A stretch of 64,000 bases of DNA from assembly GCA_963422735.1 (NCBI GenBank), contig OY730476.1, positions 2,624,001-2,688,000 on the forward strand, given 5' to 3'. Shown here piece after piece: positions 1 through 9,987 of the stretch. The position numbers and the translations under genes were made by a program. The stretch is from Candidatus Latescibacterota bacterium (lineage in GTDB: Bacteria > Latescibacterota > UBA2968 > UBA8231). The notes below the pieces were generated by a model. That model did not search any database. It had not been told where the DNA came from and saw only the letters and a list, made by a program, of their open reading frames with translations. The number at the start of each line of letters is the position of its first letter. The stretch's first letter is position 1.

Positions 1-1717
1 GACGATGTACTATGCGGGGATGAGCCACTCGCTTTCTAACAACACCTTCTACGAGATCAAGCTCTCGCAGGTTTCGCGCATGAGCAAGTTCGGCTACTCC
101 GACGACAACGCCGACGGCATCGTCGAGGCCAGCGAGAATGGCGACTTCATCTTCATCGACAGCGCCGAAGAGTCGGAAAAGTACCTAGGCGTTGACGGCT
201 CTGGGGCCGACGCCGACGGCAACTTTACCTTTTTTACCACCAACCCCGGCAATTCGCGCAACTTCGACCTGCCCTTTGGCGACAATCAGTACCGCTTGGC
301 GCAGGCGGGCTTCTACTTTGAGGAGCTCAACCGCGACGTGATGCAGCTCAAGGCCGACCTCACCCATCAGTACAACTACCACCACCAACTCAAGGCCGGC
401 CTGCTGTTCCGCAGCCACACGGTCTCGCACCTCATGCAGCGGACGCAGATTACGGTGGGCTATTCCAATCTGCCGTACGAGATTGCCGAATACGAGCGCA
501 ACCCGAGCGAGCTCGCCTTTTACGTGCAGGACAAGATTGAGTACGAGGGCATCATCCTCAACGCTGGCTTGCGGCTCGACAGCTTCAACGCAGACGCCGA
601 GCAACTCGCCGACTTTTTCCGCCCGTCCGAAGAGGCCGAATACACCTATGAAGGCGGCCAGACCCACACCTACCGCCGCCCGATTCGCGGTGAGGCGGTC
701 GAAACGCGCTGGTACTTGCAGCCACGGCTGGGGGTCTCGCACCCGATCAGCGAGCAGGCCGCCATGCACTACTCGTGGGGCAAGTTCTACTCGACGCCGT
801 CGTTTTCGTTCCTCTATGAGGACTACGGCAGCCTCACCAACCCGGCGTGGCCGAACCTGCCGGATGTCGAGGCGGATCCGACGACGGCCACCGCGTACGA
901 GATGGGCCTGCAGTACAGCTTCGCGCCCGAGTACTTGCTCGACGTTACGGCCTACTACCGCGACATCGAAAACTACGGGCGGCTCGGCTTTACCATCAGC
1001 CCGGCCGACGCTGGCTTTGCCAACTACAGTCTCAACACGAGCGGTGGGTACGCCGACAGCCGCGGCATTGAGTTCGGGGTGGAGCGCAGATCGCGGAGCA
1101 AGATCAATGGTCGCGTCAACTACGCGTATAGCTATATCAAGGCATCGCGCAGTGGCAATAACTCGACGCCTTTCCCGGACAAAAATTCGTTTTCGGTCAA
1201 CGCCCCAACCGATGTCCAAGCCTTAGAGACGGCACTGGCCAACAAGGAGCGGTTCAACACCTATGAGGCCAATGTCAACGGCGGTGGCAATCCGCTGGTC
1301 ACCGGCTACGACCGGGCCCACCGCATCGCCGTTACCCTGCTGGCCGAGCTGCCAGCGCAGGTTGGTTTGACCTTGATCTCGACGGCGGAAAGCGGCTTCA
1401 ACTACAATGTAACGGCCACCACTGACGATCCGCGCGAGCGCGAGACCCGACAGGCCTCGTGGAATACGCGCACGGATCTGCGGCTCCACCGCGGCCTTGA
1501 GTTGGGCGGCTTGGCGCTAGGAGCCTTCTTTGAGGTGCGCAATGTTTTCGACCGCGAGAATATCCTTACGTGGGACAATCGCAACATCCTCTCCACCACC
1601 AAGTGGGAGGAAGATGGAGACCCGACTGGCGACCTCAACCGGGCCTTCACCGGCCAGAGTCAGGCGATTTACGACATCCCGCGCATGGCCAATTTCGGCG
1701 TCACCGTGGATTTCTAG
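1..1717 (+). CDS. TonB-dependent outer-membrane receptor, C-terminal part (5' truncated by window edge)
   Basis: ORF has beta-barrel-type motifs (YVQDKIEY, NAGLRLD, PRLGVSHPIS, YEMGLQY, NVFDREN) and ends in terminal Phe (GVTVDF). The frame is open to the window start. Confidence 0.9.
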   Translation, partial: TMYYAGMSHSLSNNTFYEIKLSQVSRMSKFGYSDDNADGIVEASENGDFIFIDSAEESEKYLGVDGSGADADGNFTFFTTNPGNSRNFDLPFGDNQYRLAQAGFYFEELNRDVMQLKADLTHQYNYHHQLKAGLLFRSHTVSHLMQRTQITVGYSNLPYEIAEYERNPSELAFYVQDKIEYEGIILNAGLRLDSFNADAEQLADFFRPSEEAEYTYEGGQTHTYRRPIRGEAVETRWYLQPRLGVSHPISEQAAMHYSWGKFYSTPSFSFLYEDYGSLTNPAWPNLPDVEADPTTATAYEMGLQYSFAPEYLLDVTAYYRDIENYGRLGFTISPADAGFANYSLNTSGGYADSRGIEFGVERRSRSKINGRVNYAYSYIKASRSGNNSTPFPDKNSFSVNAPTDVQALETALANKERFNTYEANVNGGGNPLVTGYDRAHRIAVTLLAELPAQVGLTLISTAESGFNYNVTATTDDPRERETRQASWNTRTDLRLHRGLELGGLALGAFFEVRNVFDRENILTWDNRNILSTTKWEEDGDPTGDLNRAFTGQSQAIYDIPRMANFGVTVDF

Positions 1718-1730
1718 GAGGAATACTAAG

Positions 1731-4246
1731 ATGGTTAAACGCATAAAGATTGCGTCCCGGCTGGCGACCGCGTTGGTAATCGCCGCTGCTGGGGCGACCG
1801 CCGCTCAAGAGGGAGGCGTATTCACCGCCGGCGATCTGTGGGATTCCTTTTTTCCCAGCAACGCCGGCTCTTGGTACCGCGAGGTCGATGACGATCCGAC
1901 CGCGCGTTTTACCCTCTTTCGCGTCGGCAACTGGGACCGCCAGTGGACCACGCCGTCCCAAACCTATCCGGGCGGCGAGAATCTGCACCTGCCTTGGGGC
2001 CAAGATCTGCAGATGACGGAATACAGCCCCGACGAGATCAATATTACCACGGACAGCAACGCGCCTCGCGCCAAGCAGTACTTGCACGGCTTCTACACCA
2101 GCGGCTTGGCCGGTGCCGGCGATGCAGCGCGCAACTTTACCAGCCCGGGAGCCTACTGGGTTGATGACGACCGCAACGAGATGCGCTACGAGGGCGCGAT
2201 GCCGACGAATTTAGGCGTTGATGTGCGCTGGCGGATGCGGCAGTTTGCCGCCAATCACGCCAACCTCAACGACTTCATCGTCGTCGAGCTGGAGTTGACC
2301 AACACCGGCGTACTCGACGCCGATGGCGACGGCACGGCTGAAAAGACCGACAACCGCATCCACGCGCTGACGCTGCACCTGCAAAACGAGCCGATCAACT
2401 CGATGAGCAATCGCAACAATGGCCGTCGTGGTGCTTCGGGGTGGTTCACTGGCCCGACCTCGGGTTACGACGCCACGCCCGACGCCAGCGGTGCGCCTTG
2501 GGATGTGCCGGTGGTATTCACCGGGCCTCGGCCGAGTGATCTCGGGGACCCGCACCCGGTCTTCGGCACTTCGACCGGTTGGGCCGCCGACGGTGCGCGC
2601 CTGTTGGGCAACACCATGAATCGGCGCAGGTACTACTACGATATCTACAATGGAATGCAGTGGATCGCCGCCAAACAGGGTGCGTTGCCAGAAAGCGGCA
2701 GCACGGCGGCTCAGGACGACAAGCGGACGATCTACGACAGCCATCCGGTCGGCGTGGATGCCGAGCGTGGCTGGTTCACCTCGGTGCTCAAAGACGACGG
2801 CGGCTACCGCAATCCACGCGAGAATCACATCTATGCGATGGCCGCGTTTTTCGACGGCGAACAGATCGGCAGCCGCGCTTGGGACAAGGGGGCAGCTATC
2901 CAGAACGAGAGCAGCTTGGTACCCGACCCCAACTGGTTCGACCCAAACCACTCGGACATCGTCCCCGGCGACCCGCTCTCGTTCGTCAATGCCGTGCGCC
3001 CCGAAGGCGAGCGCAGCCAGCCGTTAGGCGACATGAAGTACAACAACACCTTCATCCAAAACTGGGAGGTCGATCCCAGCCGCCCACTAGACGACCAGCC
3101 CGAGTGGGCTTGGACGCAGGGCTACGCGATCGACCACAACTTCGACGGCATGTTGCAGGTGGGCATCGGCCCGTTCTCACTGGAGGTGGGCGAGACCATC
3201 ACGCTGGTACTGGTCGAGTACGCCGGATTTCGCTTGCAGGGGGCACGCGCTGCGCGCAGCACGGCGCAGTGGGTCTATGAAAACAATTTCGAGGTCTCCT
3301 CGCCGCCGCCGACGCCTCACATCGAAGTAGCACCCAACACGGATGTCAAAGTAGATATCAAGTGGGACGACCGCGCCGAAGCAGCATCTGACTTTGCAGG
3401 TTACAAGGTCTATCGCTCGACGCTGTTCCCACGAGTCAATTCGCTCGATGTCGGCCTGCGCATCATCGACCGCTACCACCACCAGACCGAGGTCGATCCC
3501 ACGGACGCGCAACTGGCCGCCTTTGGTGCCGACAACAACCCCAACATCAGCTCTGGAGCCTATAGGCCTCAAGAGCCAGCGGCGTGGGGGCCTTATCGGC
3601 TGATTGCCCACGTGCCCCTCAGCGAGTTGGGCAACTACCTCAACGACGGCCCGGACAGCGACGTGTTCAAATACAAGTTTGCCGATAACAGCGACTTGGT
3701 GACCTTTGGGTTTACCTATTACTACTATGTCGCCGCATACGACGACGAGTCCGGCGAGATCAACGGCCAGCCCTTCAGCTCGCTGGAGACGCATCGGCAC
3801 AATTTCAATGGCCGCGATGGGCTGTGGAAAAATACGTACCACTACGCGACCGCTAGTTCATTTTTCCCAGCCAGCTTGGAGGGACAAAAGGCCATTGGCG
3901 CGCCGTTCATACTCAAGGCACCGCTGGCTGCGGCCGACGACCTCACAAGCGGTGCGCTCGCCGTCCGCGTGGTGCCCAATCCCTATAAGAAAGGCGCGCT
4001 ACACGATACGGGCACCGAGACAAGATGCTCTTTATCAACCTGCCGACCGGCACCAAAATTACTATCTTCGACGTGGCCGGGCAGGTCATCGACGTGCTCC
4101 ACTTCGACAGTACCAACCCGTTCGACGGTACGCTGTTTTGGGACATGTTTTCCAAGGACGGCATCGAGGTAGCCAGCGGGCTATACATCTACGTGGCCGA
4201 GTACCCGGGCGGGACGCAGACCGGGCACTTCGCCATTCTGCGCTGA
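1731..4246 (+). pseudogene. Large secreted protein with Fn3-like region and FlgD-Ig/T9SS-type C-terminal domain, split by a 1-nt frameshift at ~4020 (sequencing error or pseudogene)
   Basis: ATG at 1731 follows AGGAGG and starts a signal peptide (MVKRIKIASRLATALVIAAAGATAA). Fn3-like segments: IKWDD..FAGYKVYRS..YYYYVAAYD. After VRVVPNPY the CTD continues in another frame (MLFINLP..ITIFDVAGQVI..WD..VASGLYIY, 4025-4246). Restoring one base in GAG-AC-AAG-ATG joins the two frames. Confidence 0.8.
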
Positions 4247-4268
4247 ACCGAACAGGGGAGACTTGAAA

Positions 4269-5303
4269 ATGAAAGCGTTGAAACTCATTGCAGTGCTAGG
4301 GTTGGCCCTCTTGCTGGCGCAACCTGGGGTCGCCGATGTGCGCAAGTCTGGCCTGACCGGTGCCGCGTTTCTCAAGATTGGCGTGGGGGCTAGGCCGGTC
4401 GCGCTCGGCTCGGCCTATACGACCGTAGCTGGCGACGTCCACCAGATGTTCTGGAACCCGGCCGGTGCGGCCCTGAGCGGCGGCGAAAGCCAAGTGCTGC
4501 TGTCGCACAACTCGTGGATCGCGGATTTGTCGCACGACGCCATCGGATTCGCGCGCGATATGGGCGACATGGGCACCTTGGGCATTGGCGTGGTGACGCT
4601 CGGGTTGAGCGACATTGCCGCCGACCGCGACGTGGTGCCGCAGTTCGTACTCGATGCGGGAACGTTCGCACCCAACGATGCCGAGACCTCGGGCACGTAC
4701 AACTACCGAGATCTGGCCGTGGGTGCGACGTGGGCGCGCAACATTACCGACAGACTCAACTTAGGGGTGACTGGCAAGATCGTGAGTCAGACCATCGATG
4801 GCGTCAGTGCCACCGCGTACGCGGCTGATTTCGGCGCGCTCTACCGCGTCAATTCCACGTACACTATCGGCGCTCGGATCAACAATCTGGGCAGCGATCT
4901 GACGTTCTACGACATCGGTGCGCCACTGCCGCTGATATTCAGCATCGGCGCGGCCGCCGCCATCCTCGACGACCCAAGCAGCGGCATGAAAGTGACCCTG
5001 CTCGCCGATGCCACCAAGCCGCAAGATGCCGAGCAGCTAGTCTACGCGGCGGCCGAGGTGGAGCTTTTCGACATGCTCCGGCTCCGCTCCGGCTACAAGC
5101 TCAACTACCAAGGCATCGAGGACGACAAAGTCGATGAGGTTAGCGGTACGGTCGTTGCGGCCGGCCGCAGCGAGGAGGGCCTGACGGCTGGGCTGGGCCT
5201 CGAATTGGGCATGGCCGATTACGCGGCCACGGTCGATTACGCCTTCACCTCGTTTGGTATCCTCGACAGCGTGCATCAGTTTTCCTTACTGTTCCGCTTC
5301 TGA
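4269..5303 (+). CDS. PorV/PorQ-like (UPF0164) outer-membrane beta-barrel protein
   Basis: Signal peptide, then the signature GAAFLKIGVGARPVALGSAY..FWNPAG, and a C-terminal DYAF..FG.L..VHQFSLLFRF. GGGGAG RBS upstream. Confidence 0.85.
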   Translation: MKALKLIAVLGLALLLAQPGVADVRKSGLTGAAFLKIGVGARPVALGSAYTTVAGDVHQMFWNPAGAALSGGESQVLLSHNSWIADLSHDAIGFARDMGDMGTLGIGVVTLGLSDIAADRDVVPQFVLDAGTFAPNDAETSGTYNYRDLAVGATWARNITDRLNLGVTGKIVSQTIDGVSATAYAADFGALYRVNSTYTIGARINNLGSDLTFYDIGAPLPLIFSIGAAAAILDDPSSGMKVTLLADATKPQDAEQLVYAAAEVELFDMLRLRSGYKLNYQGIEDDKVDEVSGTVVAAGRSEEGLTAGLGLELGMADYAATVDYAFTSFGILDSVHQFSLLFRF

Positions 5304-5330
5304 GGCTGCATTGCGGTTCGCTAGGACAAA

Positions 5331-5366
5331 AGCCTCCGGGGCCTCTGGGTCTTGGGGGCTTTTTTT
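5331..5366 (+). terminator. Rho-independent terminator
   Basis: Stem AGCCTCCGGGGCC-tctg-GGTCTTGGGGGCT (includes G-U pairs) followed by a T run, just after the PorV-like gene. Confidence 0.8.
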
Positions 5367-5410
5367 ATCGCGCCCGCATCCGCCGCTGATTACTTGAAGG
5401 AAGGGACTAT

Positions 5411-6847
5411 ATGACAACTAAGCCCGTGCCGCATGAGGTGATCCCCTGTGATCGGCTGCCGGCGGGGCAGTACCGCAACCTACCCGAGCCACCCCACTGG
5501 CGCAAGCTGGTCGGGCCGAGCATCCTGCTCCTGGGGCTTTCGCTGGGCAGCGGGGAGTTCGTGCTCTGGCCCTACATAACGTACAAGTTCGGCTTTGCGG
5601 TGTTCTGGGCCTGCATGGTGGGGGTGCTGACCCAGTATTTCATCAATATGGAGGTCGAGCGCTGGACCTTGGCTACCGGCGAGACTGCGGTGACTGGTTT
5701 TTGTCGCCTATGGTCGGGTTGGGCCGGGGTTTTTCTCTTGTGCAATGTGGTCCCGTGGATGTGGCCGGGCTGGGCGTCCGGGGCGGCGACCATTCTGACG
5801 TGGGAGTTTGGCGGCGACGAGAATACGCGGGTCGGCTATTCGATCGCGAGCCTGTTGTTGGTCGGTTTGGTGCTGAGTTTGGGGCCGGTGGTGTACCGTA
5901 CGGTGGAGCGAATCCAAACGGTACTGATAGCAGCGGTGCTGGCCCTGCTGTTGGTCATTTTCTTTTTGGTAGTAGAGCCTAGCCATGTGTGGGACCTGTG
6001 CAAGGGCATCGTCAATATCGGCTATATTCCAGAGGAAATGGAGTTGCCGCTCTTTTTGGGGGCCTTGGCTTTTGCTGGCGCCGGCGGGACGATGAATTTG
6101 GCGCAGAGCGATTTCGTCCGCGACAAAGGCTATGCCATGGGCGCGTACGTGGGGCGGCTGACTAGCCCGCTGACCGGGCGGGAAGAGGCCGTGGGCGATA
6201 TCGGCTACCACTTTGAGCAGACGCCGGAAAACATGCGGCGCTGGCGTGGCTGGTGGCAGGCGGCCAACCGCGAACACTTGATCACCTTCTACGGGCTTTC
6301 AGCCCTGTCGCTGATGCTTTTGTCGCTTATCGCCTACGCCACTACGAGACAAGCACCTGGGCTAGAACAGGGCTTGGGGTTTATCGGCACCGAGGGCGAC
6401 TTTATGGCGCAGGAGCACGGCAGCTTTTTCAAGCACCTTTTCAACTGGATGGGCATCGCCATTTTGCTGACGACCGAGCTGGGGCTGTTGGACGCCTGCG
6501 CTCGCATCTCCACCGACATCATCAAGACCAACTGGCTGCGCGCCCACGCCCAATGGACGCGGAACCGGCTCTACTTCCTCCTGCTGTGGGCGCAGATTCT
6601 CTTCGGCGTACTGATCATGCTATCGGACTACAACAAGCCGGTGCAATTGCTGGTCTTGAGCGCCTCGCTCAACGCAGGGGTTATGCTGCTGTACTCGGTA
6701 TTGCTCTTGTGGCAGAACAACCGCGTGCTCAAAGGGGCACTGGCCATGCATCCGACGCGTTTTGTGGCCTTGCTCTGGGCCTGCGCCTTCTTTGGCTATT
6801 TCTCATTTGTCACGCTGCGGGAGCAGGTGCCCAAGCTCTGGGGGTGA
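5411..6847 (+). CDS. Nramp-like (APC superfamily) transporter
   Basis: Multiple hydrophobic segments; N-terminal VGPSILLLGLSLGSGEFVLWP and ERWTLATGETA motifs typical of Nramp-related transporters. Confidence 0.75.
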   Translation: MTTKPVPHEVIPCDRLPAGQYRNLPEPPHWRKLVGPSILLLGLSLGSGEFVLWPYITYKFGFAVFWACMVGVLTQYFINMEVERWTLATGETAVTGFCRLWSGWAGVFLLCNVVPWMWPGWASGAATILTWEFGGDENTRVGYSIASLLLVGLVLSLGPVVYRTVERIQTVLIAAVLALLLVIFFLVVEPSHVWDLCKGIVNIGYIPEEMELPLFLGALAFAGAGGTMNLAQSDFVRDKGYAMGAYVGRLTSPLTGREEAVGDIGYHFEQTPENMRRWRGWWQAANREHLITFYGLSALSLMLLSLIAYATTRQAPGLEQGLGFIGTEGDFMAQEHGSFFKHLFNWMGIAILLTTELGLLDACARISTDIIKTNWLRAHAQWTRNRLYFLLLWAQILFGVLIMLSDYNKPVQLLVLSASLNAGVMLLYSVLLLWQNNRVLKGALAMHPTRFVALLWACAFFGYFSFVTLREQVPKLWG

Positions 6848-6943
6848 GGGCGTTTGGGACTTAATGTGTTTTTGCTGGTGTATAGTATAGTATCGAGGGT
6901 TTTTAGACAGTTTCTTAAAGACAGTAAGGAGATTTCGGAAGTG

Positions 6944-9655
6944 ATGCAGACTATCCGTTTTACCCTAATTACCGCCATCCTTTTTTTAGGGATTGTTTCT
7001 CAAGGCGAAGCTTATACCTACCATTGGGAGATAGACGAGACGCTAGAGGGTACTGAAAGTGCAAGTCTCATTCAGCCCGTACAAGTGATACTGTTAGGTG
7101 AAGTGGTGGAGGTTGCGCCGCATAGTGCCTCTTTGCATTTGATGGAGAAGTATTCTGTGCATCTTGGTGCTGAATGGAGCGCAAGACAGGCTTATAGCTT
7201 ATTCCAAACTTTTGAATCCGTACCGCAAGAAACAAACGATCCTTACGATAAGGAGCCCACAGTGCCACTCTCTGTGTGGAAATTAACCGACCGCCACCTA
7301 GAAAATGACATTGTGGTGGAATTGCGAGACGGGGAGCAGATAGTCACTGTTGCTCGGGAAGCGTTTACATACGCGGAGCCACTTTTAGCCGAAATTGATG
7401 GTGTGCGAGGCAGGTTTTTCTCCAAAAGGCTCCATCGTGCCGTAGTTAGATTTGTAACCGATGGCGGTGCCGATCGACGTGCGCTTGAGCGCATATTACA
7501 AGAGTGCTACGCAGTCAGTCTAAACGTTCCTGACTATCGTGAACTCACAAAGTACACAACCGGCGAAGGTGAAGGTCGGTTTATGCCCTTCAAAAACGAA
7601 GAGCTCATGGCCCTTGCCTCCATGCTGGAGGAGTTCCCGCAGGGCATGCACCATACGCCGGGGCTGAACTACTTGGTTCGTCGCTTGGATGGCACACCTC
7701 ATCCCCTTTATCCAGTCGCAGGTGCCGTTGCGTGGACCAAGGAGGGCTACATAGAATTTATGGAGTCTGCTTTCAAGGAGGCTGGTCCAGCCTTCATCTA
7801 CCGCTTGATTCTACATGAAAAGGCTCACTTCTTATGGGAGCACCTGTTTGACGAACAACTCAAACAGGACTGGATCGAACTCGGCGGATGGTATAGAACT
7901 TCAGAGGGGACAAATCAAGATTCTGAAGCTGGTTATGCGGTCTCAGGCGACGCGGATGACTGGGCAACGACCAAGCAGACTGAGTTTGTCTCTGCGTATG
8001 CCCATCAGCACAACCCGAATGAAGATATGGCAGAGAGTATCAGTTTCTACGTTGTAAACCCTGATAAGTTGCGCTCGCGGGCACCGGCAAAATATGAGTT
8101 TATACAAAACCGGGTCATGCACGGTACGCGCTATATATCGCAGATCCGTTCGGACTTGACGTTTGAGGTATACAACCTCTATCCCGATATCGTGTATCCG
8201 GGACGAATTATACGAGTTGACATACAGGTCGATGGCCAGCCCGAGGAGGATAAGGAGATAACGATAGAGCTTGAACTTCACAGGGAAAACGATTTCGACA
8301 CGGCCCAAGCATTCCCTCTCCGAGTCTTCAGTGAAAAAGGCTCTTTCTTTGATGTCTGGCTTGACCCAATTGACTCTAATGGAAGACGCGTCAATGCGGG
8401 ATATATTTTGCGCGGGCATAAGGCTCTCTCCAAACATGCGGCGAAGGGCTATTGGCGACCCGATCAGATTACGCTCCGAGATGCCCTAGGCAATGAGCGG
8501 CACGAATCCCAAGTCGATTTCGGGTGGAAACTCTATGTTGATAATCCGCTCGCAGATGACGAAGCACCGGTTTATGTCAAAGATTCAATGAAACTCTCTT
8601 TGTTGGAAGGAACGGAAGCCGGAAGGACTTACCAAATTCTGACCGCCCGTTGGCAACTTTTTGAAGAGACGGGTATCGAGGGTGTCTTAGCAATGCTGAA
8701 CGACGCGAGTTCTGAAACCTACTCTCGTCGTTCGGAAAACTGGGGAGAGTACGATCCAGAAACCAGCGAAGCGAGTGTTGAACTCGTAATTCCCGATTAC
8801 TTCCCAAGCGGTATCTGGAAGCTCAACTTCATTTTAATGGAGGATATTGCCTTAAACACTCGGGGTGTATATTTCACGGACCCAAGGCATGGTTTAAGAG
8901 ACGAAGACATAGTAATTGATGAATTGCCTGCCTCTATTAATATCCAGACAACAAATCCAGATACTACCCCGCCTGTATTAGATTTAAATCAAATTACAAT
9001 TCAGGCAGAACCGACCAATATAGAAGCACCAAACGGCGAAACAAAGATTGATATTACCTTTAGGGCCAAGGATAATATCAGTGGATACAGAGCGACGGAC
9101 ATGCTTTTACGCGACCCCCAAGGCGTAGAGCATTTTTTTAGACACCACAGCCCCGACTTTTACAAGGTCTATTTCTCAGGGGATCCGACGGTCTATCAGA
9201 CCTACGAGCAAACCATTATTTTGCCAGTCGGCAGCGTCCCTGGTGTATGGGGACTTGCTGAAATGACGGTGTGGGACAAGGCGCAGAACAAGTTTCTGGC
9301 CGACTTTACTGAAATCGTCCGCTTTGAGGTCGAACCAGCGAGTGCCAAACTGTTGACGACGGCCCAAGAGTTGTCCGGTGGTCCGCAATTGCATCAGAAC
9401 GCGCCCAATCCGTTCAACAGCCAGACCGTCATTTCGTACTTCCTCTTGGAACCAGATTCGGCGCACTTAGAGGTGTTCGCGTTGACCGGGCAGCGGGTAG
9501 CGATTTTGCGTCAAGGTCCGCAGCAAGCAGGCCGCTACCGCCTCCACTGGGACGGTCGGGACAGCGAGGGCCGCCCTCTAGCCAGCGGCATCTATCTGTA
9601 TCGACTGGTGACCGCCGAGGGTGTTCTGACGCGCAAGCTCACTCTGCTGCGGTGA
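6944..9655 (+). CDS. Secreted putative zinc metallopeptidase (HExxH) with C-terminal FlgD-Ig/T9SS-like domain
   Basis: Signal peptide MQTIRFTLITAILFLGIVSQGEA; LHEKAH plus downstream FVSAYA..NPNEDMAES; C-terminal LHQNAPNPFNSQTVISY..WDGRDSEGRPLASGIYLYRL. Start could be GTG 6941 or ATG 6944. Confidence 0.75.
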   Translation: MQTIRFTLITAILFLGIVSQGEAYTYHWEIDETLEGTESASLIQPVQVILLGEVVEVAPHSASLHLMEKYSVHLGAEWSARQAYSLFQTFESVPQETNDPYDKEPTVPLSVWKLTDRHLENDIVVELRDGEQIVTVAREAFTYAEPLLAEIDGVRGRFFSKRLHRAVVRFVTDGGADRRALERILQECYAVSLNVPDYRELTKYTTGEGEGRFMPFKNEELMALASMLEEFPQGMHHTPGLNYLVRRLDGTPHPLYPVAGAVAWTKEGYIEFMESAFKEAGPAFIYRLILHEKAHFLWEHLFDEQLKQDWIELGGWYRTSEGTNQDSEAGYAVSGDADDWATTKQTEFVSAYAHQHNPNEDMAESISFYVVNPDKLRSRAPAKYEFIQNRVMHGTRYISQIRSDLTFEVYNLYPDIVYPGRIIRVDIQVDGQPEEDKEITIELELHRENDFDTAQAFPLRVFSEKGSFFDVWLDPIDSNGRRVNAGYILRGHKALSKHAAKGYWRPDQITLRDALGNERHESQVDFGWKLYVDNPLADDEAPVYVKDSMKLSLLEGTEAGRTYQILTARWQLFEETGIEGVLAMLNDASSETYSRRSENWGEYDPETSEASVELVIPDYFPSGIWKLNFILMEDIALNTRGVYFTDPRHGLRDEDIVIDELPASINIQTTNPDTTPPVLDLNQITIQAEPTNIEAPNGETKIDITFRAKDNISGYRATDMLLRDPQGVEHFFRHHSPDFYKVYFSGDPTVYQTYEQTIILPVGSVPGVWGLAEMTVWDKAQNKFLADFTEIVRFEVEPASAKLLTTAQELSGGPQLHQNAPNPFNSQTVISYFLLEPDSAHLEVFALTGQRVAILRQGPQQAGRYRLHWDGRDSEGRPLASGIYLYRLVTAEGVLTRKLTLLR

Positions 9656-9987
9656 TCGGAGCACCTTGGATTTATTAGTGGACCTGATGGAGGAAACTAG
9701 AAAATGAAAAAGCTGCCATGGGCGGCAAGGCATGTATTTTCGAGCTACGAGTGACGGTTGGAACCGTCGTAGGACTTTTGGCAGCCGGTCGCCCGCAGAG
9801 CTTCTGAAAGCCTACCTCCCGTACCTTGACTTGGAAGATATAGGTAGGCCTAGCTCTGCCTATGCCGCATAGCGGGTTGAAGCACGAGAAGTTGCCTTAG
9901 CCCATGGCGATTGAGTACGCCGGGGAGCACACAAATATCCCAAATTTCGCCTCCGAGCGTCAACCAAGAGTGGATGTATCCTAGAAG

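Noticed and set aside
4010-4030. Programmed ribosomal frameshift
   Set aside because: No slippery sequence or obvious stimulatory structure.
9826-9856. Sigma70 promoter for the M28-FtsX operon
   Set aside because: TTGACT is present, but there is no convincing -10 box at 16-18 nt spacing.
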